From contig CP086569.2 of the NCBI GenBank assembly GCA_009914755.4, forward strand, positions 4,320,001-4,384,000: a stretch of DNA of 64,000 nt. The letters run 5' to 3'. Under the pieces are notes generated by a model, which was not told the origin of the DNA, searched no databases, and was given only the letters and a program-made list of their open reading frames with translations. The stretch is from the human T2T-CHM13v2.0 reference genome, Homo sapiens. A program made the position numbers and the translations under genes. Positions 13,116 through 29,349 of the stretch are shown in pieces (positions within the stretch are counted from its first letter, which is position 1; each line of letters opens with the position of its first letter).

Positions 13116-14904
13116 GGAATATCACAACAGGCAACAGACCTTACATACATAAAAAGAATAAGAAATTATATGAAAAACTTGTAAACAAATTTTAAAACTT
13201 TTATGAAAAGGAGACTTTTCTTGAAATGCACAAACCATCAAAGCTCATGCAAGGAGAAGTAGATAAATCTGATAGTTGTGAAACTATTTTAAAAGTTAAA
13301 TTTATATTTAGAAACCTTCCAGAACATTTAACTGCAGACCCAGATGGCTTCACTGACAAATTTTACCCACTCTTTAAGGAAGAAATAGCATGTATTCTGC
13401 ATAGTTTCTTTCAGCAAACAAGAGAGGGAACCCTTTCCAACTCATTTAAGAGAAAAAAAAGATACCATTTTTGCATATCCAGATTAAAAAATTACAATTT
13501 AAATAATACAAATGAATAAACCTCATAAACATAGGTGCAAAAATCTTCAAAAAATAGGAAATCAAATTTAGCAAAATATAAAGAAAATGACACACCAAGT
13601 CAAAGTGGGATTTATCTTAGGAATATAAGTCTAGTTCAATATTTGAGAATAAATCAATGCAATACACAATATCAACAAACTAAATATAAAAATTATATAA
13701 TTATGTCAAATGATGTAGAAAAGGACATTTTAAAAAATTCAACATCTATTCATGCTAAAAATGCCACAAGCCAGGAATACAAGAATACTTATTTAACGTC
13801 ATTAAGGGCATTTACAAAAATTGTGCGTCATACTTTATGTGGGAGGCTGAATGTTTTCTTGCTAAGATTCAGAACAAGGCAAAGTACTCCACTCCCATAA
13901 TTTCTATTCAACCGAGTCCTGGAAGCCCTAGGCAGTGCAATAAAACACAAAAGAGAAGTGAAAGGCTTACATCTTGGAAAAAAAGAAGTAAAATTGTTCC
14001 TAATCAGCTCCTAAAACTAACAGGTGCATTTAGAAAGAACACAAAATACAAGCTGAATGCGTAAAAATCAATCTTATTTCTATGTAATAGAAACAAAAAT
14101 TAGATATCCTAATCTAAAACACAGTATCATTTATGATTATGCCATGAAGTACTTTGGTATAAATATAAAAAAAGTGATTAATCTGTATTTATAAAACCAT
14201 GAAATAAGTCAACTAGTACCTAAATAAATAGATCTATATTCATGGAAGAAATACTCAATATAGTTAAGGTGTTGAATCCTCCGAAATTGATCTATAAATT
14301 TACTAAAATCTCACAATTCTAGTGAAAGTTATTTTTAGATATAGAGAAACTGAATTTAAAACTTCAATGGATAGGCAAAGGAACTAGAATAGAATTGGAA
14401 AGAAAAGCAAATTGGAAAAACTAGTAAAAAGTTGGAAGACTCATAGTACCTGATTTAAGACATACCATTAAGCTACAGTAATCAAGATTGTGTTGTTTTG
14501 TAAAAAGATAGAAATGTGGATCAATAAGACAGGACAGAGAGTCAAGTAATAGGCCCACAAAAATATACTCGATTGGGTTTGACAAAGATGCAAAGGCAGC
14601 TTGATAAAACAAGAGAATTATTTGAAAACAATTTCTAGAATAATTGGACATCCATATGAAGAATATATTTAGACACATACCTTATACCTCATAAAAAGTA
14701 TCTAAAAATTGATTGCAGACTTAAAATCATAAAACTGTAAAAGTCATAGGATAAAACATAGAGAATATATTCTTATACTTGAGATAGAAAAATAGTTCTT
14801 AGATGTGACATAAACAAATACAATTTATAAAACTAAACAATGGATGATTTGGACCTCATCAAAATGTAAAAGTTTTTCTCTGCAAAAGACATTGTTAAGA
14901 GAAT

Positions 14905-17910
<3,006 letters not shown>

Positions 17911-19729
17911 AATGAAAAAAGCAAAGTACCGAATTTAAAAAAAATGGAAAATCACATAGCCTTCAAAAACCTTTTCAGAATATTTTCAAAACTCTCAATT
18001 CTCAGCAATAACAAAACTAGTGAGTCAATTTAAACATGGGCAAAATATATGAGCAGACGCTTAACCAAAAATAAATACACATGGCAAATAAATGCATAAA
18101 AAGATATACAATGGCATTAGATTAAAAACATAATGAGATACCACTACATACCTATTAGAATTGGTGAAATTTACAAAAATAATTAACAATCACCAGTGCT
18201 AACAAACATGCAAAGTTACAGGAATGTTTATACATTGGTGGGCAGAATATAAAAGGATACAGTTCCTCTGATAAACAATTTCAAAATTTCATATATATTT
18301 GAAGATACACTTAGTGTATAACCAAGCAATCCCACTTCTAGGTCTCTACCATAGAAAATGAAAACTTACATCTATACAAATGTTTGTACATGAATGTTTG
18401 TAGCAGAATTTTTATAATTGCCCCAAATTTAAAACAATTTAAATACTGTGTACATAAACGTATATAACGATTTTATTCATAACTTCCAAAAACTGAAAAT
18501 AAGTAAGAAATCCTTCAACAATTTAATTCATGGACAAATTATGGTACATCCATGCAATGGAATACTATGTAGTCACAAAAAGAATTAACTCTTAATACAT
18601 TCCATGACATGGATAAATTATGCACTACCATGAATAAAAGAAGCTTCTTTCAAAATATTACATACGATTTCATTTCTTTACCATTCTGGAAAATATTTAA
18701 AAAATATACATAGGAATGGAAAACAGAGTAGGGCTTATCAGATATTAGGGACAGAGGAAGGGTTTGACCTCAGAGGGATAGCATAAGCAGATTTTTTAGG
18801 GTGAATGAAATTATTCTGTGTCATTTTTGTCATTTGTCATTACACATATGCATGCAAGTACCAAAACTCATATAACTTTACATTGAAATTATACAATGTA
18901 TTGCATATAAATGTTTGAAAAAATTTAAAAAACTAAGTGCAAAAGAAGCCACTGTGTATTGTATTCATCCTATTGATTTTGGCTGTCTAGGCAATTTGGG
19001 CAAATCATTCTGTGAACACCTAAAAATCTTAGACAGAATATAAAAACTATCACTTAAAATAATTGGGGGAGGATAGAACAAGGCAGTGAGAAATTACAGT
19101 GCAAAGATGTGAAAGCAGAAAAAAATCAGAAAAGTGAAACAAGTTTTGGAGCCTATTTTTTCCCCTAAGAGAAATTGCTGAGTCTTAAGAGGCTGTGAAG
19201 AAGCTGGAAAGCTGACCCATACTTCTAAAAATTTCACATTGATTTGGATTGGGATGCAAAAGAGCTAAACTGTAGGAGAAGAGTGAATAGAAATTTGATT
19301 AGATATTTATGTGACTAAAGCTTATCTGTGACTCTTTTTTTATCCTTTTAATTATATTAGTCTGGTTTGCTAGTGTCCCTAGCCTCTTCCAATCAATTCT
19401 AATCAGTCATATGAAAACAGAAGATGACATGACAAAACATTAAGTGAAATAACAATTAATAGAAACAGTCACAGAGGGCATCCAACTAACAGAATTATGA
19501 GAGAGAAACTTTAATATAATTTTGTTCAATATGCTCAAGGAAACTAAAAACAAATTTTAAATTTTAGCAAAGAACCAGAAAATATACAAATAAAAATAGT
19601 AAAACTAAAAATAATTAAAAAGGTAAAAAGCTCAGTTGATTTGTTTTGAAAACAGATAAAGCTGAAAGAGTATACCTACCAGTTTAGAATCTAAATCCAT
19701 ATATTATAACCTACAAGAATATCTTTAAA

Positions 19730-20005
19730 AAAGGATAATTGTATATTTTCACTTATAAGTGTGAGCTAAATATTGGGTACACACAGACATAAAATGAGAA
19801 AAATAGACACTGGGGGCAACTAGTGTGGGGAAAGAGGATGGGGGAAGAGTTGAAAAACTACCTACTAGGTATTATGTTTACTACCGGGGTGACAGGATCA
19901 ATTGTATCCCAAACCTCAACATCACCAAATACACTGATGTAACAAACCTGCACATGTACCCCAAATTTAAAATAAAATATGAAAAAATGCAAAGTAGGTT
20001 GCATA
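19730..20005 (+). mobile_element. Short L1 3'-terminal fragment (L1P-type)
   Basis: ..CACTTATAAGTGTGAGCTAAATATTGGGTACACACAGACATAAAATGAGAAAAATAGACACTGGGG...GTAACAAACCTGCACATGTACCCCAAATTTAAAATAAAATA. Confidence 0.6.
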
Positions 20006-20392
20006 TTAAAATAAATAAAGAGTAACTAATAAATTTTATAAATTACAAACAGAAAATTCTTCATCCACAGATATGAATGAGAGGAAATGATAAAATATGT
20101 TTATGTTCATCAGGTAGAAGAAACATTATAATATGGTTTGGATCTGTGATTCTTATTCAGAATAAGAGAAAAATATCATTAGCATTAACCTTTAAAAATC
20201 AAGTTTGAGTGTTAGTATTTTTAGAGTAAACACTATAATACGAGGAAAAAGTGTTTAACTATCAAGCTTTTAGAAGAAGAGTGGGATGATAGCAAAAAAC
20301 ATCATTCCAAAGGCAATAAATAAGAAGCAAATGAACATAAGTCATGCAGTTAAAATTAAAAGCAAAGAGTAAAATGTTATATTTAAGTACCA

Positions 20393-20700
20393 ATACAGGA
20401 GGTCCCTCTTACCTGTGGTTATCCACTGTCAACTGCAATCCAAATATGTTAAATAGGAAATTCCAGAAATAAAGATTTCATATGTTTTAAACTGTGTACC
20501 ATTCTGAGTAACATGATGAAATTTTATGCCATCTCACTCTATCCCATCTGGGACCTGAATCATCCCTTTTTCTGGTATATCTACGGTTTAAGCTGTTTGT
20601 TACTTTGTAGACATCACCATTATCCAATTGAATATGGCAGTAATGCCATGCTTGTGTTTCCTTGAACAAAGCATATGGACCCTAAGAATAAGAGTAGTGA
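20393..20700. mobile_element. Short non-autonomous DNA-transposon-like insert nested in L1M ORF2; family not assigned
   Basis: The segment breaks the L1 ORF2 collinearity. The motif ..TTCCAGAAATAAAGATTTCATATGTTTTAAACTGTGTACCATTCTGAGTAACATGATGAAATTT.. resembles a human MER-type element that I recall only partially. Confidence 0.3.
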
Positions 20701-23239
20701 TGCTGGTTGTTTGGATATGACAAGGAGAAGCCATACAGTGCTTCCTTTAATGGAAAGATGAACATTCTCAAGTTAGTAAGAAAAAGAAAAGAAATCCTAT
20801 GCTAAGTTTACTAAGATTTACATAAGGATAAATCTTCCATTTGTGTAATAGTAAAGATGAAAAAAGAAATTTATGCTAGTTCTTCTATTGCACCTCAAAC
20901 TGGAAATATTACAACTACAGCACAATAGTTTATTTTGTGTTTAAATATTAAGCATGTAATATCATTTTAAAAACATAGAAATCATACAGCATATGCTCTT
21001 TGATCACAGTACAATTAAACTAGAAATCAGTAACAAAATGATTGTGAATAAAAGCCCATATTTTTATATTACAAAAATAGTCTACTAAATAGCTCATTGA
21101 TCAAAGAAGAAATGACATAAAATTTTAAATATTTTAAACTGAATTTACTGAAAATACTAAGTACAGAAGTTGTAGAAGGCAGCAAAGTTCATACATAGAA
21201 GATAATTTGTAGTATTAACAGATATTATAATAAAAAGACTGAAATCAATGAGATAATACATTTCAAATAATAGACAAAAACAGCAACTTAAACCTAAGAA
21301 AGTAGAAGGGAGGAATCATAAAGGTAATAATGGAAACTATTGCAATATAAAACAAGCACATAGAGATCATCCAACCCAAATTTTCCTTTTTTGAAAAGAT
21401 TAAAGTTGATAAATTTCTCAACAAAGACAGAAAATATTTAATCAAGAGTGTCAGAAAAAAAGGTACATCATTAGAGATTCAACAGATATTTAAATATAAG
21501 AGAATATTATGAGAAATCTTCATGTTAATAAATTTGTAAATTACTTAAAAAATGAGAAATTCATAGAGAAAGGCAGTTTATCAAATGTGACTTAACAAAA
21601 AGAAACTTGAATATTTCTATATTTAATGAAGAAATTAAATATGTAAGTAAAATGCTTTCTACAAAAAAATTCTAGCTTCAGGTTGTTTGACCAGTGAATT
21701 CCATTAAGTATAAGAAGAGGGCATCAGATAAATATTACATAAAATTTTCCAGAAAACAGAAAAAAATAAAATATTTTCCAAATAGTTTTAGGAGGTCAGC
21801 ATATTATTTTGTCCAGAGCATCACAAAGCCATTATCATTGAACTAAAATACAGACAATACTCTCTCATACACATAAATGAAAAGAAGCCCTAAACAAATT
21901 GTTTGCATATGGATCAATCAATATGAAACCTATTGCAATATTGGTAAAAATCTAGAAATTGCATGGCTGGCCTAATCTTTGTAATGTAATGTAACAAATC
22001 ATTTAAAAATTAATAGGGAAAATTAAGCAGTAATCTCAATAGATGTAAAAAATATGTGATAGCATTAAACATCAATTCATAAAAAATGCTTAGTGAACTA
22101 AGATGAAAAGGGAACTTTGTTAATGTAAGTGATGTTTACAAAAATTCTACAGCAACACCTCACAAAATGTTGATCTATTGTAAGCTTTCCGCTGACATTG
22201 AACAAGAATCACTCCTACTACTTTACATCAATATTTTACTAGAGATCCTAGCCAGTGTAACAAGACTAAACAAAAAAATGAAAGTTAGGAACATTGTATC
22301 ACAGTAACAAATCTATAAATGTTAAAATATATCATGATTGAATATGGGGAAAAAAGAATCTTCAGGTAAATTATGAAAAATAATGTGAGTACCAAAGTTG
22401 CTGAATATATCTATCTATGCATTATTTCTATATATTAGTGGAAAGCATTTAGAAAAATGGATAAAGGATACTATTTCCAATAGAAATAAAAGCCATGAAA
22501 TATCTAGAAATTACTAAAAGGGGTGTAATACTTTCACATTAAAAACTACAAAACATTTGAAAGGGATTTAAGAGCATATAAATAATGAATAGATGTATCA
22601 TGTTCATTATTTGTAAATGAGACAGTTAGGAGTATCAGCTCTTTGGAAGTTAAGAAATAAGCTGGAGGAATTACCCAACAGATATGAAGACTTATGATAA
22701 ACGTACATAAATTAATATAAATACACCAGTTAAGAGAATAGAGTCCTGTATAGTGTGATAGGAATGCCATAGAAAAAGACAAGCTGTGTGGCTTCAACAA
22801 TGGACATTTATTTTCTCACAGTTCGGGGGGCTGGAAGTCCAAGATCAAGATGTCAGCAATTTTTTGTGTTTTTTTTTCCCTGAGGCCTCTCTGGATTGCA
22901 GATGGCATTTTGCTGTGTTCTCACATGGCATTTTCTCTGTGTGTGTGCACTGCTGATGTGTCTCCCACTTTTTATAAGGACACGGATACTTTATAATATC
23001 CTAAATGTCTATCATCAGGTGAATGGATAAATAAATTATAATATATCATAACAAGAACAATACTTAGCAATAAATGAAGAAATAAACTACTGATACATGC
23101 AAGAACACGGATGAATTTTACAGCTGTAGTAATGAAAGAAACAAGCCAGACACCAAACAGTGCATACTGCATGATTCTGACACGAGAGTGCTGGGAAGGG
23201 AAGAGCATAGTCCCTTTAAATGACACAGAAGGTGGGAAG

Positions 23240-24060
23240 GGAAGTGCCAGGTAGAGAAAGGCAGGTCACTGCCTAGGGCTCCAGCCCCACGGACCTAGGT
23301 GAGGACGGGCATTTCCTGCCGAAATGTTGCATTTCCCAAGACCACCCTGGCCTGCCATGCCCCCATCCTGAGCCTATAAAAACCGGAGACTCTAGTGGGC
23401 AGACACAAGTGACCACATGTTGAGAGGAGCACATCAGTGGAAGAAGACGCAAGTGGCTGGTCGTCAAGAGGACGTCAAGAGGAGCACTCTGGCAGAAGAG
23501 CGCTCTGACAGGCACCTGCTCGCCAGCAGGCAGGCCATTGACGGGTGGGACAAGGGTGAGTTTGGCCGGGGCAGTCGGAGGAGAGCCGGGGCCACCAAGT
23601 GGCCCAACTCCATGGGAAAACCACCTTCCTTCTGGCTCCCCCATCAGCGCAGAGCTACTTCCACTCAATAAAACTTCGCACTAATTCTCCAAGCCCCTGT
23701 GTGATCCAATTATTCCGGTACACCAAGGCAAGAAACCTCAGGACACAGAAACCTTCTGTCCTTGTGATAAGGAAGGGGGTCTAATTCAGCTGGTTAACAC
23801 AAGCTACCCATAGATGGCAAACTAAAACGGCACCCTCTAACACACGCCCACTGGGGCTTCAGGAACTGTAAACATTCACCCCTAGACACTGCTGTGGGGT
23901 TGGAACCCCACGGCCTGCCCATCTGTATGCTCCCCTAGAGGTTTGAACAGCAGGGTATTGAAGAAGCAAGCCACACCCCCATTGCACACCCTGTGTGGAG
24001 GACAAGGGAACCTTTCCCATTTCAATTCCATGTATATTTATTTCAGAAATAGATGAAGCA
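23240..24060 (+). mobile_element. GC-rich LTR-like element (solo LTR candidate; family not identified) with promoter and poly(A) signals
   Basis: Abrupt GC-rich and CpG-containing block immediately after the L1M 3' end. TATAAAA at about 23377, AATAAAACTTCGCAC at about 23667, and GGTGAGT at about 23556. These are typical U3-R-U5 landmarks. Confidence 0.35.
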
Positions 24061-24439
24061 CTCCTTGTTGAAAACAATCAAAATCTTGCTTCTGAGAAAG
24101 ATGTATTTACTTACGTTGGGTACAGGAATTTTCTTGTTTCATAATATGAACATTTAATTTCAATGATATATAGAGTGTTGGGTTTATTTGTATTTGATAT
24201 ATTTGTATTTAGTGTATTGTATTTAGTGTATACATTTGTCAAGACTTAACTGTACATTTAAATTTATGCATTTTGTTGTATGAAAATTATTCTTTAGTAA
24301 AATACTTATAAATATTATCAGAAAAAAATGACTTGTGAGTAATCAACTGGATTTGCCTAGATATTTCACTTTTTAAAACAAAATAATTATAATTTTAATT
24401 TCTTAGTGTATTTTTATGTATCAGAGAGTTTAACTACTT

Positions 24440-24620
24440 CATATATATAAATTAATTTGATCCTCATATCTAACCTATGAAATAAATATTAGTATCAACA
24501 TTTTACATATTAGAAAACTAAGGCACAACTTTAAGTAACTTTTTCAAAGTTGCATAACAAGTGAGTGAAAGAGCTGAGATTCAAATCCAGGCAGACTGGC
24601 TCCAAAGTCCATGTTCTTAA
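24440..24620. mobile_element. MIR-like SINE relic
   Basis: ..AAAACTAAGGCACAACTTTAAGTAACTT.. CAAAGTTGCATAACAAGTGAGTGAAAGAGCTGAGATTCAAATCCAGGCAGACTGGCTCCAAAGTCCATGTTCTTAATAA resembles the MIR core. Confidence 0.45.
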
Positions 24621-25757
24621 TAATTGTCTTAAAATTAGTTACTTTAAGCAGAACTATCATACATATTATGAACATTTAAAGCTTCCTACTTATGTAATTA
24701 CATTTTAAAAGCAATCATACTATATCTGCTGGCTTTATAAAGTATTAACTTTGCCATATACTACAACTATTTCAACAAAAATTTTTGGCATCAATATTAC
24801 AAAGACACAGTCAGCTCCAATTTGGAGGTACAGTCATACTATTTCTTTCAACAAAATGATATCTTTTTAACATTTTAAATAAAATTAAATCCAATGAAGA
24901 CAGATGCCAAAAAAAAAGACTTCTATGCATCAAGATAATAGCAAAGTTCATCAATAAAACAATCTGCAAATCTCCCATTGAAGGGGCAAATAGCTTAAGT
25001 AGTCATTGCATAAACTCCTTATGCTTATATCAATTACAAATGTTAACTAATGTTATCAATACAAATGTAAATTTTTTCTTCTATTAGTCTGTTAATAAAT
25101 GTACTGAAAACAAAATTAGACAAAAATGTAATAAATATTATAAAATGTTTCATTTGAATTTGTTTGACCAACATAGTAAGATTTTCATTGCATAAAATAG
25201 CACAGGAAAGACAGAACACTTGTTGATTAAGAGAAATTTTCAGGTTTTATTTTCTAAATTTAGCCTTAAACAAAGTTATTGAGAATATGTACATAATAAA
25301 TTTTCTTTATATTTTAATTCATTTGTCTATTCAACAAGTATTTATTGATTATCTATTAACTGTTAGGCGGTACTAAATAAAACTATCAATTTGTAGATTA
25401 AAAATATTCAGATATTAGCAATTTTTTCTGGTCCAACCTAATACATAGTATTAAGCTAGGTACTAAGTATGATTCAGATTGAAGAATACAGTACATTTTT
25501 TTCTGGCCTCATTGGGTGATTCAAGGCTTGCATCACTACATAAGTGAGATAACAAGCCATAGTAATTTGTACTAAAGAGCCAAAATACTATGGGATTTTA
25601 GAAAAGGAGAAAATTAATATGGTCTGGAATGCATAGACAGATGGAATTTAACACTTCAATACATTTCTGTTGAGGCAGCTAAATAGTCATTTGAAAATAT
25701 GATGCATCTGTGAAATGTATGGATACTACTCTACATGATTTTTAAATTTTGGACAGG

Positions 25758-26828
25758 TTTTTTTTTTGACTTTTATTTTAAGTTCAGGAGTACAAGCACA
25801 GGTTTGTTACATTGGTAAACTTGTGTCAGGGGGTTTGTTGTACAAATTGTCATCACCCAGGTGTCTGGTACCCAGTAGTTATTTTTTTCTGATCATCTCC
25901 CTCCTCCAACCCTCCACCCTCTGAAAGGCCCCAGTGTGTGGTGTTCCCATCTATATATCCATGTGTTCTCATCATTTAGCTCCCACTTATAAGTGAGATC
26001 ATGTGGAATTGGGTTTTCTGTTCCTCTGTGAGTTTGCTAAGGATAATGGCCTCCTGCTCCAACCACATCTCTGTAAACAACATAATCTTATTTTTTATGG
26101 CTGTATAATATTCCGTGGTGTACATGCACCACATTTTCTTTACCCAGTCTTTCACTGATGGGCATTTAGGTTGATTCCATGTCTTTGCTATTGTGAATAG
26201 TGCTGCAACGAACATAAGCATGCATGTGTCTGTATAATAGAACAGTTTGTATTCCTTTGGGTATATACCCAGTAATGGGATTGCTGGATAGTATAGCATT
26301 TCTGTCTTTAAGTCTTTGAGGAATTGCCACACTGTCTTCCACAATGGTTGAACTAATTTACACTACCATCAACAGTGTATAAGCGTTCCTTTTTCTGTGT
26401 AACCTCACCAGCATCTGTTATTTTTTTACTTTTTAATAATAGCCATTCTGACTAGTGTGAGATGGTATCTCATGGTTTTTATTTGCATTTCTCTAATGAT
26501 CAGTGATGATGAGCTTTTTTTCATATTATTGTTGGCCTCATGTACGTCTTATTTAGAAAGGTGTGGGTTCGTTTCCTTTGTCCACTTCTTAATGGGGTTG
26601 TTTGTTTTTTATTCTTATAAATTTCTTTAAGTTTCTTATAGATGCTGGATATTAGACCTTTGTTGGATGCATAGTTTGCAAAAATTTTCTCCCATTCTGT
26701 AGGTTTTCTGTTTACTCTGTTGACAGTTTATTCTGCTGTGCAGAAGGATTTTAGTTTAATTAGATCACATATGTTAATTTTTGCTTTTGTTGCAATTGTT
26801 TTTGTGTCTTCATCATGAAATCTCTGCC
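25758..26828 (-). mobile_element. L1PA-type 3' end (ORF2 C-terminus and 3' UTR) in antisense, with a short sense-oriented ORF2 fragment at 26829-26890
   Basis: Poly(T) then CTTTTATTTTAAGTTCAGGAGTACAAGCACAGGTTTGTTACATTGG.. is the reverse complement of the L1 3' terminus. At 26829 it switches to sense ..[17 protein letters not shown].., suggesting a 5' inversion by twin priming. Confidence 0.85.
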
Positions 26829-28396
26829 GGTGCTCAATGGATGCAGAAAAGGCTTTCAATAAAATTTAACATCCATTCATGTTAACAACTCTATATTATT
26901 GTAATCTTAACACTGGAAACATCTGTAGATTTATTGTCCTTTTTTTCCTGTGGTCATATAGCTATTTAATACTATAATCAAAATGAATACATTATTTGCA
27001 TTATTATTATTTTCCACTGGGTTCAAAACGAATTATGAAACAACACAGCATTTATAAGACTATCTTTGTACTCCCCAAAATTTTGTATCACAGCACCTAG
27101 CAATGTTTGGGTTACTAAATAAATAGTTACTGATCTGAAATAAAATGTCATGATCATATAATTGTAGAAAAATTCCCTCATGGCTTCAATAGTAATGCCT
27201 CATTTTATAAATAAAAGGAGATATGCCAAATTGATGAAACAGAGAAATACACATTTTCTTTATTGTGCAATATATTTTGATATTTATGCAGGACCCCTAA
27301 AGCTCAACCTACAAATCATAATCAAGATGTAATAAGCTGCAATACTATTAATAATTAACTTCTGACAAGAAATAAGATTATTTCATTAGAAAAATAAAAA
27401 CTTCTTTGAAAGTTTTTTTCCATTGATGGACATTAGAAAGTATATTTTTGAAAAAAAATAGAAAACTTTAAAGTAAAATTTTTCCATCATGAAAAACAAA
27501 ATGTTATTGTTATATTGGTGACTCCAGCTTTGAAGTAAGCAAAGGATGGCAAAGAACACAAGCTCAATGGAATTCTGATGTTAGAGGATTAAGATAAGTT
27601 ACTATTATTACTAGTTTCCACGGTGGTATATTACTGAAATGTATTTTTAAGAAGTTCTGAAAATCATTTTATCCACAGCTAGCCAGGAGACAAATAATCT
27701 GCAAACTCACTCAAATTTGGCTATAGTTAGAAAATTAATTTCAACTTCTTCCTAAGGAACTGTGTACAGGAAAGCATGCTTCAAACTTACTATTTCTTTG
27801 GAGCCCAGGGGCTTTCCCTAAAAATTTGGGGGACAGATACTTCTTAATATATTAAAAAACACTTTTTTCTATTCATTGCAACTGGCTACCTCTATGTATT
27901 ATCAGTTCTACCTGTCATTTTTCTTAATTTTAATTTTATGCAATTACACTGACACTATAATATTATCTATGGGTTCAACATAAGACTATTAAGACAGTTC
28001 TGTGTATAAGTCATCTAAATAGATGTCTGTCATCTGTTCTAGTTTGAAAGGCATGCAAAAAAGAATATTGAGAAGTCACCTTTGGAACCCCATTCCAGTG
28101 TCTAATCACCCTTTATAGACACATTTTTCATGACTCCCTGTACTCAAAGTCAAAACAGAGCTTTATGTCTTCCTTCACCATAAAATGAATCCTGTGACAA
28201 GTTTCCAACCAAAGATTTTAATCATTAAATCCACACTATACTTGGAGCCTTACAATTTTCTTACAGATTAATTTCAACGGTTTTTTACAACAAGCATCAT
28301 ATCATTATATTAGGTTGAAAACTAGATTAATTAGGCAAATAAAACACTGGAGTCCCCAGATTTTTCTGTATAACCTGTAGATAAAAAGTGTTCTGA

Positions 28397-28532
28397 GGCT
28401 GGGCACAGTGGCTCACTCCTGTAATCCCAGCAATTTGGGAGGCCAAGGTGGGCAGATCACCTAAGGTCAGGAGTTCAAGACCAGCCTGGCCAATATGGCA
28501 AACCCTGTCTCTACTAAAAATACAAAAATTAG
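28397..28532 (+). mobile_element. Free Alu left monomer (FLAM-like) fused upstream of a full Alu
   Basis: GGCTGGGCACAGTGGCTCACTCCTGTAATCCCAGCAATTTGGGAGGCC ... CTACTAAAAATACAAAAATTAG, with no right monomer following. Confidence 0.75.
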
Positions 28533-28815
28533 GTGGGGTGCGGTGGCTCACACCTGTAATCCTAGCACTTTGGGAGGCTGAGGTGGGTGGATCACGAGGT
28601 CAGGAGTTCAAGACTAGCCTGGCCAACACGGTGAAACCCTGTGTCTACTAAAAATACAAAAATTAGCCAGGTGTGGTGGCCCGTGCCTGTAATCCCAGCT
28701 ACTCAGGAGGCTGAGGCAGGAGGATCTCTTGAACCTAGGAGGCAGAGGTTGCAGTGAGCTGAGATTGGCCCACTGCACTGCACTCCAGCCTGGGCAACAG
28801 AGTGAGACTGTCTCG
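28533..28815 (+). mobile_element. Alu SINE, both monomers present, no poly(A) tail
   Basis: GTGGGGTGCGGTGGCTCACACCTGTAATCC ... GGGCAACAGAGTGAGACTGTCTCG, followed directly by ATATATATACATATA. Confidence 0.85.
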
Positions 28816-29043
28816 AATATATATACATATATTTTGGTGTACCCACTCTTCCACTATGCAGATGATAAAACATTTGGTCTACTCTACAACTGCTGTACAC
28901 TTTTAAATGCTATAGTCTACTTCATAGCTTATATATTCCACTGAACTTTTCGCTTAAGACTCCAATAAATCTCCACAATAAATCTCAAGGGAGGAGCCAC
29001 TTAAAACAGACTAAGGCTTTCTAACCATCCTAAGGACAAACTC

Positions 29044-29349
29044 TTTTTTTTTTTTTTTTTTTTTATCTTTGAGACAGAGTCTTGCTCTGTCACCCAGGCT
29101 AGAGTGCAGTGGTGGGACTTGGCTCACTGCAACCTCCGCCTCCGGGGTTCACACCATTCTCCTGCCTTAGCCTCCCAAGTAGCTGGGACTATAGGCACCC
29201 GCCACCACGCCCGGCTAATTTTTGTATTTTTATTAGAGACGGGGTTTCACTATATTGGTCAGGCTGGTCTCGAACTCCTGACCTCTTGATCCACCCGCCT
29301 CGGCCTCCCAAAATGCTGGGATTACAGGCGTGAGCCACAGTGCCCGGCC
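29044..29349 (-). mobile_element. Alu SINE, full length
   Basis: 21-nt poly(T) and the reverse-complement Alu body ending ..GTGAGCCACAGTGCCCGGCC. A clean target-site duplication AGGACAAACTC(TT) flanks both ends. Confidence 0.95.

Larger units (their letters stand above)
19380..23232 (+). mobile_element. Ancient L1 (L1M-type) element D: ORF1-like 19380-19730, ORF2 20030-22800, 3' UTR 22800-23232
   Basis: ORF2 C-terminal homology. The characteristic L1M 3' end reads GGCTGGAAGTCCAAGATCAAGATGTCAGCA...TATAAGGACAC...AAATGAAGAAATAAACTACTGATACATGCAAGAACACGGATGAATT. Confidence 0.5.

Noticed and set aside
23273-23668. 131-aa minus-strand ORF and overlapping plus-strand ORFs of 84 and 61 aa
   Set aside because: They lie in a GC-rich LTR-like block, where stop codons are rare by composition. 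They overlap mutually on both strands and show no protein similarity that I recognise.
28327-28651. ORFs inside Alu elements (also 29104-29466, 30489-30692, 46710-47015, 62308-62713)
   Set aside because: These are translations of Alu sequence, the typical [11 protein letters not shown] / [20 protein letters not shown] peptides. They are not genes.
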